Both the position numbers and the translations under genes were made by a program. Below the pieces are notes generated by a model. The model was not told where the DNA came from. It searched no databases and saw only the letters and a program-made list of their open reading frames with translations. Shown one piece after another: positions 27,501 to 38,200 of a stretch of 38,456 nt of DNA; within the stretch, counting starts at the first letter, position 1; every line of letters starts with the position of its first letter. Origin of the DNA: Bacteroidales bacterium (GTDB taxonomy: Bacteria; Bacteroidota; Bacteroidia; Bacteroidales; CAIWKO01); the NCBI GenBank assembly GCA_035389045.1, contig DAOORA010000041.1:1-38456 (forward strand). The letters run 5' to 3'.

Positions 27501-29208
27501 GACCTGAAGTGACAGAGATATCATCAAGAAGCAGGTAATACATGTCAGCGGCGCTTTTACAATGGAATCCTAAATAATAGGTACCTGTGGCGGGAACGGA
27601 AAAAGATGTTAAGGATGCCTGATACGTAACATTGCTGATGGATGGCAGGTCTACCAGCTGGGTAGTCATACCTGCGGCATCATTTGTTGTTCCGATATTT
27701 ACATTCATGGCTTCCGGATAACTTGCATCCATAGCTCTGTAATAGAATTGAAGGTTATATGTTTGGCCTGCGTTAAGATTTAAACATTTTGAAAACAACC
27801 AATCGTCGGCTGCGCTGCTAGAATTCCAGTGATATCCTGCAAAATTAGTTCCGGTGTGGGCATAGGTGGCGCCAGAGAAAATCTGCCAGAAATAACCATC
27901 CGAATTGGCGTCCAGCAGTGTCCATCCCAATAAGTTGTCTGTATTTTCAAAGCCCATGGTCATGGGTACGTTGTCTGCACCTGAAAACAGGTATGCAGCT
28001 GCAGTATCGTTGGCAAGGTTGGCATCACCGGAAACGGCGGTATAAGCTTCTATCAGGTAATTACCCGGCGCAGAAAGGTTTGCAGCATTGGCACCTGTAA
28101 AGGTATAGGTTGCCGAATCGCCGCCGGCAATAGAAGATGTATAGGTAACGGTGACCGGAGTGCCGTAGTTGATCCTGTATGAAACAGGGAATCCGGATAT
28201 TGCTGAAGTGCCGTAATTTTTGATTTTTACCACCACATTTTCCGAGGATGATAATGCTGAGCATGAAGAAACAGGGCTGGTGATCTCTGCAACTCCTGCA
28301 TCTACAGCAAGAGGTTCAGCAACAGAAATATTATCTAATGCCATCAGGTCGCCATCAGCGCCGCTGACCTGCCATGCCAGCATGAAAGGAGTTGATTTGT
28401 AAGCGCTTATGTCAAGAGAGATTTCACGCCATACCCAACCTGAAAAAGAGGGGGTATTGTTGGCATCCCAAAGTAAAGTCCAGGTAGAGCCTCCATCGGT
28501 GGAAATCTTGCACTGCAGGGTTGCACCGGGATTGCCGCCACCGCCGGCAGGAAGATACGTATAACTGTAACCTGCCCAGAATTTAAGAACCAGCGATGAG
28601 GCTCCTGATGTACCTGTGATGGAAGGTGTTTTCAGCCATTCATTCTGGGTTTCGCCTGGAAGGGAGTATGGACAGATAGCAGAGAGAACACTGGCAGGAT
28701 CAATAGTATAAAAGTCAGTACTGTCCTGGACCCAGGTTTTAGTTGTGATCACAATGGTTTGTGCCCATCCGCTTGGCAGCCAGGTGCCTTCGAAACCCTG
28801 TGTCAAATAATTGACTTTGGCGCCCGAACTTTTCCAGAACACTTTGCCCAATGGCTGAGCGCCTTGGGCAACCATAGAAGCCTTGGGGGCTTTGGTGATA
28901 AATGCCGTGCCAGGGCTTGTTTTGGCCGTTAGTGTTGAATAATTGATTTTGGCCTTCGTGATGCCGGTAGTAGCAGTATTGACTGATTTCTGGCTGTTAA
29001 TCTGAAACTCAGGACCTGTCACAATTTTTGCCACCGATGGCTTAATTCCATCTGCTTTGTTCGTTTTGTGACCGGTTCTCTGGATCGGTGAATCCATTAA
29101 GGTTTTGTCTACTGATGCCTTATTCAGACTTGTTTTGCCAGTTTGTTTCTGGCTAAAACCAACCATGGCAATACTGAGTGCCAGGAGAAAGAGTGTGAAT
29201 TTTTTCAT
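24529..29208 (-). CDS. T9SS-secreted protein with four cleaved-adhesin (choice-of-anchor J)-like domains, three CARDB/Ig-like domains, dockerin/cohesin-like cassette and CTD
   Basis: Signal peptide MKKFTLFLLALSIAMVGFS; GFE...GW...DAN.DG..W...DWL...YY.GFH...LLDDI.V domains; C-terminal YPNPF...KCQILKLISK. Confidence 0.88.
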   Translation of the reverse strand: MKKFTLFLLALSIAMVGFSQKQTGKTSLNKASVDKTLMDSPIQRTGHKTNKADGIKPSVAKIVTGPEFQINSQKSVNTATTGITKAKINYSTLTAKTSPGTAFITKAPKASMVAQGAQPLGKVFWKSSGAKVNYLTQGFEGTWLPSGWAQTIVITTKTWVQDSTDFYTIDPASVLSAICPYSLPGETQNEWLKTPSITGTSGASSLVLKFWAGYSYTYLPAGGGGNPGATLQCKISTDGGSTWTLLWDANNTPSFSGWVWREISLDISAYKSTPFMLAWQVSGADGDLMALDNISVAEPLAVDAGVAEITSPVSSCSALSSSENVVVKIKNYGTSAISGFPVSYRINYGTPVTVTYTSSIAGGDSATYTFTGANAANLSAPGNYLIEAYTAVSGDANLANDTAAAYLFSGADNVPMTMGFENTDNLLGWTLLDANSDGYFWQIFSGATYAHTGTNFAGYHWNSSSAADDWLFSKCLNLNAGQTYNLQFYYRAMDASYPEAMNVNIGTTNDAAGMTTQLVDLPSISNVTYQASLTSFSVPATGTYYLGFHCKSAADMYYLLLDDISVTSGPVPDGGVAQITAPASSCTPLSAAENIVVKIKNYGTTALTGFPVSYQINNNTPVTATFTSTIAVGDSATFTFTGANAANLSAPGDYIIFAYTAITNDVDLSNDTAAIAIHSGAATLPYSMGFEDNEFLTGWSLVDANADGYPWGIYTGTTYSHTGTNFAAYVYNPDSAANDWLFTKCINMIPGNTYKLDFYYSGMGALYPESMDVYIGMSPDITSMATTLVDLPTISNDYYMLSSNTFTVPFSGNYYIGFHCKSAADMYYLLLDDISVTIVPPYDGEVSEIIAPVSSCSALSSAENVTINIINNGANALTGFPVSYQINNNTPVTATYTSSIAPGDTGTYTFTGANAANLSVPGDYIIMAYTGISGDGDLTNDTAIIYIHSGAASIPYTMGFEDSEFLTGWMLDDANTDGYTWGIFTGAVYAHTGNNFALYGYNTDSSANDWLFTKCISMVAGTPYQLDFYYRAMSNAYPEAMDVFIGTTNNVPGMTTLLTDLTSISDTNYLMSTTPFTVTTTGNYYIGFHCKSAADMWNLLLDDIAITAVGGTGHNISGKTRYAGKANNGSPAPNPPTYNAVMYNIDNVIVILKNNPGGTEVARDTSDASGVFLFTNVADGNYILSYDKYTPDTMLWANDVNAIDLAITKYYVGADTLVDPSRNFSAKYKKAANVDNNTAINAIDLSRIKAKIGSPLNASKNFPKGNWVALDTGITVAGADLNITLKTISYGDFNASSTRYRDSLVNWNTTKVLPQNIITVADDYVTTSDPSYFEVPLRISTGMNEFSALGLELNYPHKDFRLVSASMPKTGNKNMNKINPTLEEIIAEDNDLLVTDENGVIRVVFATTNHFDVASDDEMIILGFISNKTMNSGELDFSLSGTGVIGNQYGEENTDAYLTMPKIFVQNNNDGDLEFSAYPNPFGREATLTYNLPENGTVKIKVYNTIGELVTELVNESQAAGKHTFEFPAGKLSGGMFTFKLEFTGTDVSKCQILKLISK
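25880..28302 (-). repeat. Three tandem intragenic repeats, period 810 bp (270 aa)
   Basis: D.(G/E)V..I..P.SSC units start at 28302, 27492 and 26682; TFTGANAANLS.PG.Y and GFHCKSAADM recur in each. Confidence 0.92.
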
Positions 29209-29224
29209 ATTTATAAATTTTTTA

Positions 29225-29254
29225 CAAAATTATAATAAAAAAATTACTGTACAA
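29225..29254 (-). promoter_or_regulatory. Promoter (-7 TAATTTTG, -33 TTG)
   Basis: CAAAATTA 29225-29232 and CAA 29252-29254 (19-nt spacer), upstream of start 29208. Confidence 0.5.
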
Positions 29255-29288
29255 TTTTTATATAAAAATTAGTGAAAATAATAATAAA

Positions 29289-30104
29289 TTACAATTTATT
29301 ATATTGTATCTTGCTGCAAATCAATTTATTAATTCCAAGACCGAACAGTGCAAAATCATATTTCACAGGGTCTTGCGGATCGAATTTTTTCAGGGCGTCC
29401 GTAAGCATTTCAACAGCAGGCCAGTTATTTGTTTTTATTTTTAACAAACCTAGCTCCCGTGCTATATGCCCGGTATGCACATCCAGCGGGCAATAAAGTT
29501 TATTAGGTGGGATTTCTTTCCATATACCGAAATCAACATGACTGTCATCGGATCGTATCATCCACCTGAGAAAAAGGTTGATCCGTTTACAGGCTGAGTT
29601 TTTCAAAGGGCTCGCAATATGTTTTTCACAGCGGTGAAGGTGTGGCGTCTTTAAAAAAACATTTCTGAATGATTCAATAGCCGGGGAAAGATCGCCGTAT
29701 TGTTTGAAAGCTGAGGTAAAAATCTTCTCCAATCCTTGATGTTCAAGGTAAATATTCCTGAGGGATAAAACAAAGAACCGGCAATCATCACCGTTAAAGG
29801 TCCTGTATATAAAACTCCTGAAAGGATCGAGTTCTTTTTTTGTAGCATGAGTAATAAAATCATAGGGGGCGTAGTCCATCATCTGCATCAGTTTTTTGGC
29901 GCTCCGCAGGATCTGTGATCGTTGTCCCCAGGCAAGTGATGCAGAAATAAATCCGGCTATTTCTATATCTTCTTTTTTTGTAAAAAGATGCGGAACAGAA
30001 ACGGGATCATGCTCTATAAATGTCTGATTATTATATTCTTCGTATTTTTCGTCAAGCAATTCTTTTAATTCAGAAAAGCTGAACTTCTCCGCGGGATAGT
30101 TCAT
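29289..30104 (-). CDS. TIGR02757 / DUF2400 family protein
   Basis: FI..DP...PH.F....DIEI.G......AWG.R, SACKR.N.FLRWM.R, VDFG.W, PLD.H, DP.DPVKYDFALFG.G. Confidence 0.9.
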   Translation of the reverse strand: MNYPAEKFSFSELKELLDEKYEEYNNQTFIEHDPVSVPHLFTKKEDIEIAGFISASLAWGQRSQILRSAKKLMQMMDYAPYDFITHATKKELDPFRSFIYRTFNGDDCRFFVLSLRNIYLEHQGLEKIFTSAFKQYGDLSPAIESFRNVFLKTPHLHRCEKHIASPLKNSACKRINLFLRWMIRSDDSHVDFGIWKEIPPNKLYCPLDVHTGHIARELGLLKIKTNNWPAVEMLTDALKKFDPQDPVKYDFALFGLGINKLICSKIQYNKL

Positions 30105-30148
30105 AAATACGATTTACTATGTTACGTGCACCTATCATATATACCTTG

Positions 30149-31657
30149 CTATTTTATGTCTTTTTCCCCGAAAACGATAGCCGTATAAATGTAGATTTCT
30201 GCATCTTTCCATCCGGCCCAGCCCAGCCCCGCCTTGTCCTGTGCACAATGTCCCAGAAATTCTTCTTTCGTCCATCCGGTTTCGGTAGCTACCTGCGGCA
30301 GGAATGTGCCGGCTTTGCCGTTTTTTATAATATATATTCCATGCCTACCTATTTCGATCTCATCAATGGATTTGATGAGTTTCAGGGGTGAAAGGACCGA
30401 GATTTCAAGGTCAATAGACTTTAGCTCGTTTGCGGTGACTTTATTGAAACGGTAATCTTCTGTTGAAGCTGCCTTAGTCATGTCCTGTACAATAAGGTAC
30501 AAAGGTTTCTTTGCTGTAAATTGCCCTATACAGCCCCTGAGTTTTCCGTTTTTGTGCAAGGTGACAAAAGCACCGCAATTTTGTTTTATGGTAGCGGAAA
30601 ATCCCGATGCGTCAATATCGGGAGTTTTTCCGTTTTGGATGTATTCATTTAAAGTTTTGCGTGCTATATCAATCAGGTATTTTTGGTCTGTTATAGTTAA
30701 GCTAAAATCCCCTCTATTTTCTATTTTCCCTGCAATGGTCATGGCGTTATAACCTACAACACGTGAACTGTCGCCATAAGGTTGAATATCACCTGAGTTT
30801 TTATACTGGAGTTTGCTGATGCTGACACCCTTGATATTTTCAGTAATGTAGAGCAAGGTAAGAACAGATGACCATCCGCAAAGGCTGGTAGCCAGGTTCG
30901 GGATGTTTAATTTCTCATTTGATTTTAAAACTTCCAGAAGTTTTTTTGACGAATTGCTTTCAATAGCTTCAGTAGTAAGTTTATCAACCATTACAGCATC
31001 CTTATATCTTGGGTAATGAGAAAAATCAGTGCTTATAATGAACAGGTTTTTATTGTTAAAGTAGGGCGACAGCACTCTGGCTATCTTTTCACATGTGCCG
31101 GCATCATTTGTCCCGATTACGATAGGAACGATACGGAAAGGTTTTTTCATTTTGTATTGCAGAAAAGGGAGCTGAACTTCGAGGCTGTGTTCAAACCAGT
31201 GGGCATCTTTATAATTTTTGAAAACGGGATTCTCTTTTATCAGTTTGTTAGCCAGGGCGGTATCTACTTCCACAGTCCCCAACGGCGTTATGAAATTGCC
31301 TTCACAATAAACGGAAGCTGCATCGAAATAGCTGCTGTGGCTTGAACCAATCACAAAAATGACTTCATATTCTTTGTTCTCATCCACCTGATTGAATGCG
31401 GTGGCAGCCACTTCTCCGGAAAATACGTATCCTGCATGGGGTGAAATAAGGGCGAGCAGATCCGAAACCTCGCGGGACAATGCCTGATCGAACAGCTTTT
31501 TCAGGTCCTTGTTAAGTGTGGCGGGGTCGCCGGCATAAAACTGTCCTGCAACGGCAGCTTTGCGGTCGTTGTGAGGCTGTTCTTTATTCTGTGAATTACA
31601 ACTTTCGGCCATCGTAATTGTGCTTAAGAAGGTTAATAATATCAACATCCGGATCAT
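30149..31657 (-). CDS. amrB: AmmeMemoRadiSam system protein B (MEMO) fused to protein A (AMMECR1)
   Basis: R..AVAG.FY, PHAGY.FSG, EHS.EVQLPFLQ, S.DFSHY, CG, Y.NSGD...VVGY; then GAFVTL...G.LRGCIG, D.RF, EISVLSP, G.HG.......G.FLPQVA.E..W, L......KAG. Confidence 0.92.
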   Translation of the reverse strand: MIRMLILLTFLSTITMAESCNSQNKEQPHNDRKAAVAGQFYAGDPATLNKDLKKLFDQALSREVSDLLALISPHAGYVFSGEVAATAFNQVDENKEYEVIFVIGSSHSSYFDAASVYCEGNFITPLGTVEVDTALANKLIKENPVFKNYKDAHWFEHSLEVQLPFLQYKMKKPFRIVPIVIGTNDAGTCEKIARVLSPYFNNKNLFIISTDFSHYPRYKDAVMVDKLTTEAIESNSSKKLLEVLKSNEKLNIPNLATSLCGWSSVLTLLYITENIKGVSISKLQYKNSGDIQPYGDSSRVVGYNAMTIAGKIENRGDFSLTITDQKYLIDIARKTLNEYIQNGKTPDIDASGFSATIKQNCGAFVTLHKNGKLRGCIGQFTAKKPLYLIVQDMTKAASTEDYRFNKVTANELKSIDLEISVLSPLKLIKSIDEIEIGRHGIYIIKNGKAGTFLPQVATETGWTKEEFLGHCAQDKAGLGWAGWKDAEIYIYTAIVFGEKDIK

Positions 31658-31761
31658 AAATGAATGTATTTATACAAAAATACAAAATTTTGTGTTATTA
31701 TATGTTTTGGTTATTAGTGAAATTAAAAAAATAACTTATTTTTGAAACTTCAAAATTTTAT

Positions 31762-32478
31762 ATGACAGCAACACATACCCAAGTCAGCAGCAACACTATC
31801 ATACAACTGGATAAAGTGCCTGTTTTTCAGGATAATGTTCTTATCCTCGATAATGTTTCTATGGCAATTGAGCGAGGTGAGTTTGTGTATCTTATCGGCC
31901 CGACAGGAAGTGGAAAAAGCAGCCTGCTGAAGTTGATTTATGCACAATTGCCGGCTAAAGACGGCATCGCCAGAGTCGCCTCCATTGATCTGCGCACCAT
32001 AAAAACAAAACAGATACCTTTTTTGCGGAGGAAGCTGGGTATCGTTTTTCAGGATTTTCAGTTACTTACCGACCGTACGGTAGATGAAAACCTTTTGTTT
32101 GTTTTGCGTGCAACAGGTTGGCATGGCAAACAGGATATGCAGAGCCGTATCACAGAAGTTTTGGAAAAAGTAGGACTTACGGGCAAAGGTCCTAAAATGC
32201 CCAACCAGCTTTCGGGTGGCGAGCAGCAGCGTGTGGGTATAGCACGTGCTTTGCTCAACCGACCAGAAATTATTATTGCAGATGAGCCTACAGGTAACCT
32301 TGACCCTGTTACTTCAGAAGACATCCTGGAATTACTTATGAACATCAGTAAAACCGGCACAGCGGTATTTATGGCCACTCATGATCACCTGCTGTTCCGC
32401 AGGTTTCCCGCACGCACACTGTGTATTGAAGAAGGCCGTTTGCTGGAAAAGCGGGTGCATACCGAATTGAATCAATAG
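31762..32478 (+). CDS. ftsE: Cell division ATP-binding protein FtsE-like ABC ATPase
   Basis: GPTGSGKS Walker [52 protein letters not shown] -7 box at 31737-31744. Confidence 0.9.
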   Translation: MTATHTQVSSNTIIQLDKVPVFQDNVLILDNVSMAIERGEFVYLIGPTGSGKSSLLKLIYAQLPAKDGIARVASIDLRTIKTKQIPFLRRKLGIVFQDFQLLTDRTVDENLLFVLRATGWHGKQDMQSRITEVLEKVGLTGKGPKMPNQLSGGEQQRVGIARALLNRPEIIIADEPTGNLDPVTSEDILELLMNISKTGTAVFMATHDHLLFRRFPARTLCIEEGRLLEKRVHTELNQ

Positions 32479-32480
32479 TT

Positions 32481-33605
32481 TTACGGAAAAAGAAGATTTA
32501 CCATTGCTGCGGCATTATAGTCGTTTGAAAAGCCTTTGTGCAACAGAATTTCTTCCCGTTTTGCATTTTCCGAGGCATTATATTCTCTGGAGAAGAGGTT
32601 TTTGATCTCCGATTTGAACTCCCCAGCAGTTTCGCAGCAGATGCACAAACTTTCGAGTCCTGTTTTTCTGATCATTGGCGGGTTGACCAGGCAGAATCGT
32701 CCCCTGTACAGTGCAGCCAGAAGTTTTAGTTTTATGCCGGTGGACTGAAATGTGGGCAGTATGTTTACATGTGCATCGGCAACCAGTTTATAAATATCTT
32801 CGCTGGTCAGTCCGGTTTTCAGTATGATGTTGTTTCTTCCGTTTACGGCGCTTTTTAACTCTTTGGAAGGTTTGTTTCCTGCTATATACAATTTAAATTT
32901 CAGGTCGTCGAAAACCTGTCTGATAAGGAATAATGCCGCTTCATTGTTTTCACCGACGTCTAAGCTGCCATGATACAACGCAAATGAACCTTTGCCCGGT
33001 CTGGAAACAATTTTCTCATGGGGATGAAAAGCGGAAATGGTCGTTACATTTTTAAATTTTCTGGAATAATAATGGGCATCATTATTTGAGATTACTGCAA
33101 GCCCGTCAGCGTATTCCAGTATTTTCTCAAAACGTTCCAGTTTGCCGGCTTCATTGAGATAATAGTACCTCCTGAACATGTTTTTCTCGATTTTTCCTAG
33201 GTTCTGATAATACTCATGTTCAATATTATGGGTACGTACAATTTTACGGCGGTTCCTGATTTTTTTATGGTTCAGGAAGTAACAGGAATGAAGCCCTTCA
33301 AAAAGAATGGGGTAATTATCTCTGAGGATGTTTTTCAGCAGTTCCTCCGAATAGCGTGTGGCAACGATGTATGGCAGGCTGCTGAACAGTTTGGTTTTAG
33401 AATTGTCGCGTTTATAGTAGAAAACTTCGGTACATAACTCATCAAGCAGGGGTGAAGGTTTGCGGTCGTATTCAAAGCAATGCAGATGGATTTTTATTCC
33501 TGCTTTTTTAAGACTTTTCAGTTTGTAAAAGATATCGATAGCGCCTCCATAATTCACTGGCACAGGTATGTCGAACGCAATGATATGAACGTGTTTTTCA
33601 GGCAT
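32481..33605 (-). CDS. Glycosyltransferase (GT-B, family 4-like)
   Basis: H.IAFD.P.P.NYGG.ID.FYK, R.HNIEH.YY, TG.KLKLL.AL..G. Start taken at ATG 33605, overlapping the upstream stop; the ORF track extends it to 33623. Confidence 0.8.
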   Translation of the reverse strand: MPEKHVHIIAFDIPVPVNYGGAIDIFYKLKSLKKAGIKIHLHCFEYDRKPSPLLDELCTEVFYYKRDNSKTKLFSSLPYIVATRYSEELLKNILRDNYPILFEGLHSCYFLNHKKIRNRRKIVRTHNIEHEYYQNLGKIEKNMFRRYYYLNEAGKLERFEKILEYADGLAVISNNDAHYYSRKFKNVTTISAFHPHEKIVSRPGKGSFALYHGSLDVGENNEAALFLIRQVFDDLKFKLYIAGNKPSKELKSAVNGRNNIILKTGLTSEDIYKLVADAHVNILPTFQSTGIKLKLLAALYRGRFCLVNPPMIRKTGLESLCICCETAGEFKSEIKNLFSREYNASENAKREEILLHKGFSNDYNAAAMVNLLFP

Positions 33606-34713
33606 GTTTCTGCAAAACAGCAATAAGTTTTTTTTGTTCTTTTTCCCAATTCAGGTTTTCGGATGCAAGTTTAAGTTTTTTTTTCCAAATTTCACGTGAT
33701 TTTGTATCTGCAAGCATGAAACGGATCTTTTCAGCGATGTGTTTTGGGTCGTGGGTTTCTATACAGCATCCGATACTGTAGTCTTCAATAATATTTTTCA
33801 CTTCGACCAGCGGAGAGGCCAGTATGGGAATCTGTGCATGAATATAATCAAAAAGTTTGTTGGGCAGGCTGAACCGGTAATTGATATTGGTGTCTTTATC
33901 GAGGGTAAGTCCCAGGTCGGCGTTGGCTGTGTATTGATAGAGATGTTCCGGCGATTGCCTTGGGATAAATAATACTTTTTCGTTTAAATTATTTTTTTCG
34001 ACATATTGTTTCAGCAGCGGAATGACATCACCGTTTCCAACGATCAGCAAGCAGGTGTTTTCTAAATATATCATAGCTTCCACGGCTTCTTCAGCGCCCC
34101 GTTGTATGTTGATGCCCGAGCCCTGAAGGATGACCAGTTTTTTGTGCTCAGGGAGACCTAAAGCAGTTTTCGATGTTATGGGTGATATGCAGCGGTTTTC
34201 TGGTATGTTTCTGATGACGGTGAATTCCTTTCCGTATTCGGTTTTATACAGTCCGGCTATTGATTTGTTCACCGTGATCAGTTCGTTTAAGCGGGGGATG
34301 ATCAAGCTTTCAATTTTTTTCCATACTTTTTGCACCACGGGCCGTCCTGTGAGTTCGGGAACTCCTGTAAAATATTCATGGCTGTCATATACCAGAGGGA
34401 TGTTTTTAATTTTTGATATCAGATAATTGGGCAACAGCGTATCGAGGTCATTGGCAAAAAGAAGATCCGCTTTTCTTAAGAGCAATAAAAAGAACAACCT
34501 GGTATTGAAAAAAGCATAAAAGAAGGGGCCTTTTTCGAATAACATGCTGAAGCGAAACATTTTATATTTTCTTACAGGCAGGGCAGGGCTGTCTTTTTTA
34601 CGGCGTCCGGCAAGAAAAACCTCATAGCCAAGTGATACCAGCGTATTGCAGGTTCTGTCTACCCGCTGGTCGGTGACAAGGTCGTTGATAACCGATACAA
34701 TGGCTTTTTTCAA
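33598..34713 (-). CDS. Glycosyltransferase family 4
   Basis: NDLVTDQRV, ANDLDTL, YDSHE.F, I.RG.EE, Y..SLPNKLFDYI.A..P; TTG start; TAACTTTG -7 box at 34727-34734 (minus strand). Confidence 0.9.
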   Translation of the reverse strand: MKKAIVSVINDLVTDQRVDRTCNTLVSLGYEVFLAGRRKKDSPALPVRKYKMFRFSMLFEKGPFFYAFFNTRLFFLLLLRKADLLFANDLDTLLPNYLISKIKNIPLVYDSHEYFTGVPELTGRPVVQKVWKKIESLIIPRLNELITVNKSIAGLYKTEYGKEFTVIRNIPENRCISPITSKTALGLPEHKKLVILQGSGINIQRGAEEAVEAMIYLENTCLLIVGNGDVIPLLKQYVEKNNLNEKVLFIPRQSPEHLYQYTANADLGLTLDKDTNINYRFSLPNKLFDYIHAQIPILASPLVEVKNIIEDYSIGCCIETHDPKHIAEKIRFMLADTKSREIWKKKLKLASENLNWEKEQKKLIAVLQKHA

Positions 34714-35280
34714 AAATAATTTTTTGCAAAGTTATATTAAAAAAAGTACGGGGATCCTATGTTTTTATATTCTTTTAGAGCTAAAAATTAATATGAATTA
34801 TTTTACCAGTTATTTATGAATTAAATATAAAATAACACTGTATAATGCGATATTCTATTGAAAGTTAAGTTTTATAATTGTACGATTAATCGCATGACAA
34901 AATGGTCATCATTTTATTAAATTAATATTTAAATCTATTTGTTGTATATTCATTGGATAAATTAATATCTATTGGGTAATAATTTAAAAATAATAATAAA
35001 AAATTTTTATTGTATTTATTTTTTTATATTTGAAAGATTTTTAAATAAAAAATAAGTAAATCTATGCATAAAACAATTATGATATTTGAAATGTTTTTAT
35101 AATACTTGTAATTATTCACTGATAGCTGGATTAAAAACAAAAATGACTATTAAATTCTTAAAATCTAAAACAAAAATGGTATTTTTTTATTTTCGAATAT
35201 TATTCTAAATGGTTGATTCACTTTATTTTTATATTCTTTTTTTCATAAGAAGTAACTATAAATAATTAATAATTGACAAT

Positions 35281-38200
35281 ATGAAAAAATATATGCAAAC
35301 AAAAACTAAAGCATTATTAGCACTAATGGTTTTTTTGACCTTTGGTCAAAATGTATATTCCCAATGTACAGCCAATAATTCTGCTTATAGATATTCAACA
35401 TCTACAATCTATACACCAACAGGATCCTGGGGTTCCGTAACCTGGTCCAATGGTCATTGGCAACCTTTCTATGTATGGGATTCATATATTGTTCAGATAC
35501 GAACCTGTGATGCATCCTGGGATACACAATTAACCTTATATGGTTCAAATACTGCCGGTAGCAGTATAGCCTATAGTGATGATTGTTCTTACGGTGCATG
35601 TTCAAGTCATACTAATAACTCTATTATTGCATTTAGAAATGACGGTTCTGCTCAAACCGGACATTTACAGTTAAATAAGTATTCATGCAATTCAGATTTG
35701 GCAAATTCAACTACGGTTTATTATAGAGATATTCAGGAAACGCCATATATTTCCGGCGGAGGTATTACTATCTGCATTGGAACCGGTGTTACGCTTACAT
35801 CAAGTATGTCAACCTATAATGATGATTATTTAGATATTCAGTGGGGAACATCATCAGGAGGTACAGAAGTAAGTCCCGACGCAGGTTCGGTAACGGTTTA
35901 TCCGACAACTACCACTACATATTACATGAGGGGCGCTGTAAAAGCTTGTGGTACTCCGGGTACCGTATACACTGATGTTGCCAGTACAACGATTATAGTA
36001 AGTGATTCGCTGCCTGACACCAATCCATTTATTACTGCATCAGGCGATACTGTCTGTTATGGCAGCGCCACGATGTTAAATGCCTCAGTACCCGGCTGTA
36101 TGGTTTATTGGTATACCGATTCCTGTGGAGGTAATCTGTTGGGTACAGGAGATTCGATAAGCGTTACTCCTTTATCAGCGACCACCTATTATGCAAAAGC
36201 TGTCAACGGCTGTGGCTCGTCAGGCTGCAGCAGCATTACGATCGGGGTAAATCCTGTTCCAGGTCCGGTATACATCAGTAGAGATTCTGCTGAATGTACC
36301 GGTAGTAATATCCTTACCGCTTCAGGTGGTACGGGAGGCACTATATACTGGCAGGGAACAGTCAGCGGCGGCACTTCTACATCTATGCCATCCATTCAGC
36401 AAACGGTAACTAATTCAAATACTTATTATTTTAGGGCACGTAACAATCATTGCTGGGGAACACAGGGAAGTATATCGGTTACCACGTCCATGCCGGAACC
36501 TGTAACTGTCAGCGGCGGCGGAACTTACTGTGCTAATGCATTACTTACCGCTACAGGAGGTACCGGAGGCACCATATACTGGCAGGGAACAGTTAGCGGG
36601 GGTAACTCTACAGGAACACCGGGAACCTCCCAATCTGTTACTTCATCAGGAACCTATTACTTTCGTGCATACAATGTTGTCTGCGGGTGGGGTGCTGAAG
36701 GCGCTGCCACTCTGGTTGTTATTCCCAATGCAGCGGTGACCTCCGTCACAGGGACATCACCTATGTGTATCGGAGACAGCGCTGTCTATACTGCTAACGG
36801 TGTGGTACTTGGCGGGGGCGCGGGAGCATGGTCAAGCAGTAATACATCCGTGGCTACGGTGGCGTCAAACGCTACTGTTACAGCAGTTAGCGCAGGCACT
36901 GCCAATATCATCTATACCATCACCGGAGGTTGCGGAGGGACAAAGTCTGCCCTGAAAACAATTACAATTCTTCCCAATTCCGCTGTCGCTTCGGTTAGTG
37001 GTAATTCACCCTTATGTTCCGGAAGTACTGCACCTTATACAGCCAATGGCATTGTACTTGGTAGTGGAACAGGCGCATGGTCAAGCAGTAACACTGCCGT
37101 TGCAACGGTAGCTGTTAATGGCAATGTTACTGCGGTTGCTGCAGGAACAGCCAATATCGTTTATACCATTACCGGAGGATGTAATGGAACTAAATCTGCC
37201 CAACAAACACTTACTGTGAATTCTGTCCCCAATGCGGTCACGGTCAATGGAGGCGGCACATTCTGCGGAAGCAGCCCGACGCTCACTGCCGATGGCGGTA
37301 CAGGTGGAACTATCTACTGGCAGGGCACGACCAACAACGGTACTTCCACCGCTACTGCGTCCACGTCACAAACTGTGAGTGTTAACGGAACTTATTATTT
37401 CAGGGCGCTCAGTGCAGGCGGTTGCTGGGGACCTCAGGGATCGGCCAGTATACTGACCAGTCTTCCTGCAGCAGTGACGGTCAGTGGAGGTGGAAGCACC
37501 TGTAGTTCACGTACGCTAATTGCTTCCGGTGGTACCGGTGGTATCATCTACTGGCAGGGCACCACCAGCGGCGGCACTTCTACAGCCAGTGCCTCAACTG
37601 TAAGAACCGTTACTTCATCAGGCACTTATTATTTCAGAGCATTGAATGGCTGTGGATGGGGTTCCGGGGACAGTGCAGTGGTGATTGTTTATCCTGGCGC
37701 CGGTTCGGTCACCGTCAATGGTGCAGGCACATACTGCGGCAGCCAAACCCTCACAGCCACCGGTGGTACTAATGGCACTATATACTGGCAGGGTACCACC
37801 AGCGGAGGAACATCAACACTGACACTATCAACCTCGCAGTCTGTGACTTCTTCGGGAACATACTACTTCAGGGCATATAATGCCAACTGTGGCTGGGGAA
37901 CCCAGGGAAGCGTACTGGTATCCATACATACCCCTTCTACTGCGCCAACAGGTATCACGGGTATGTCATCCATTTGTACCGGAAATTCTCCTGTCCTGAC
38001 TCAGAGCGGAGGAACACTTGGCATCGGAGGCGTATGGTACTGGTATTCGGATAGCTGTGGCGGTAATTTAATAAGCAGTGGCTCAGCCTCTGTTACGGTG
38101 TCTCCGGTCAGCACCACCACCTACTATGTCCGTGCTGAAGGTATTTGTAATACCACCTCATGTGCAAGTATGATGGTAACCGTAAACCCATCTCCTGGCA

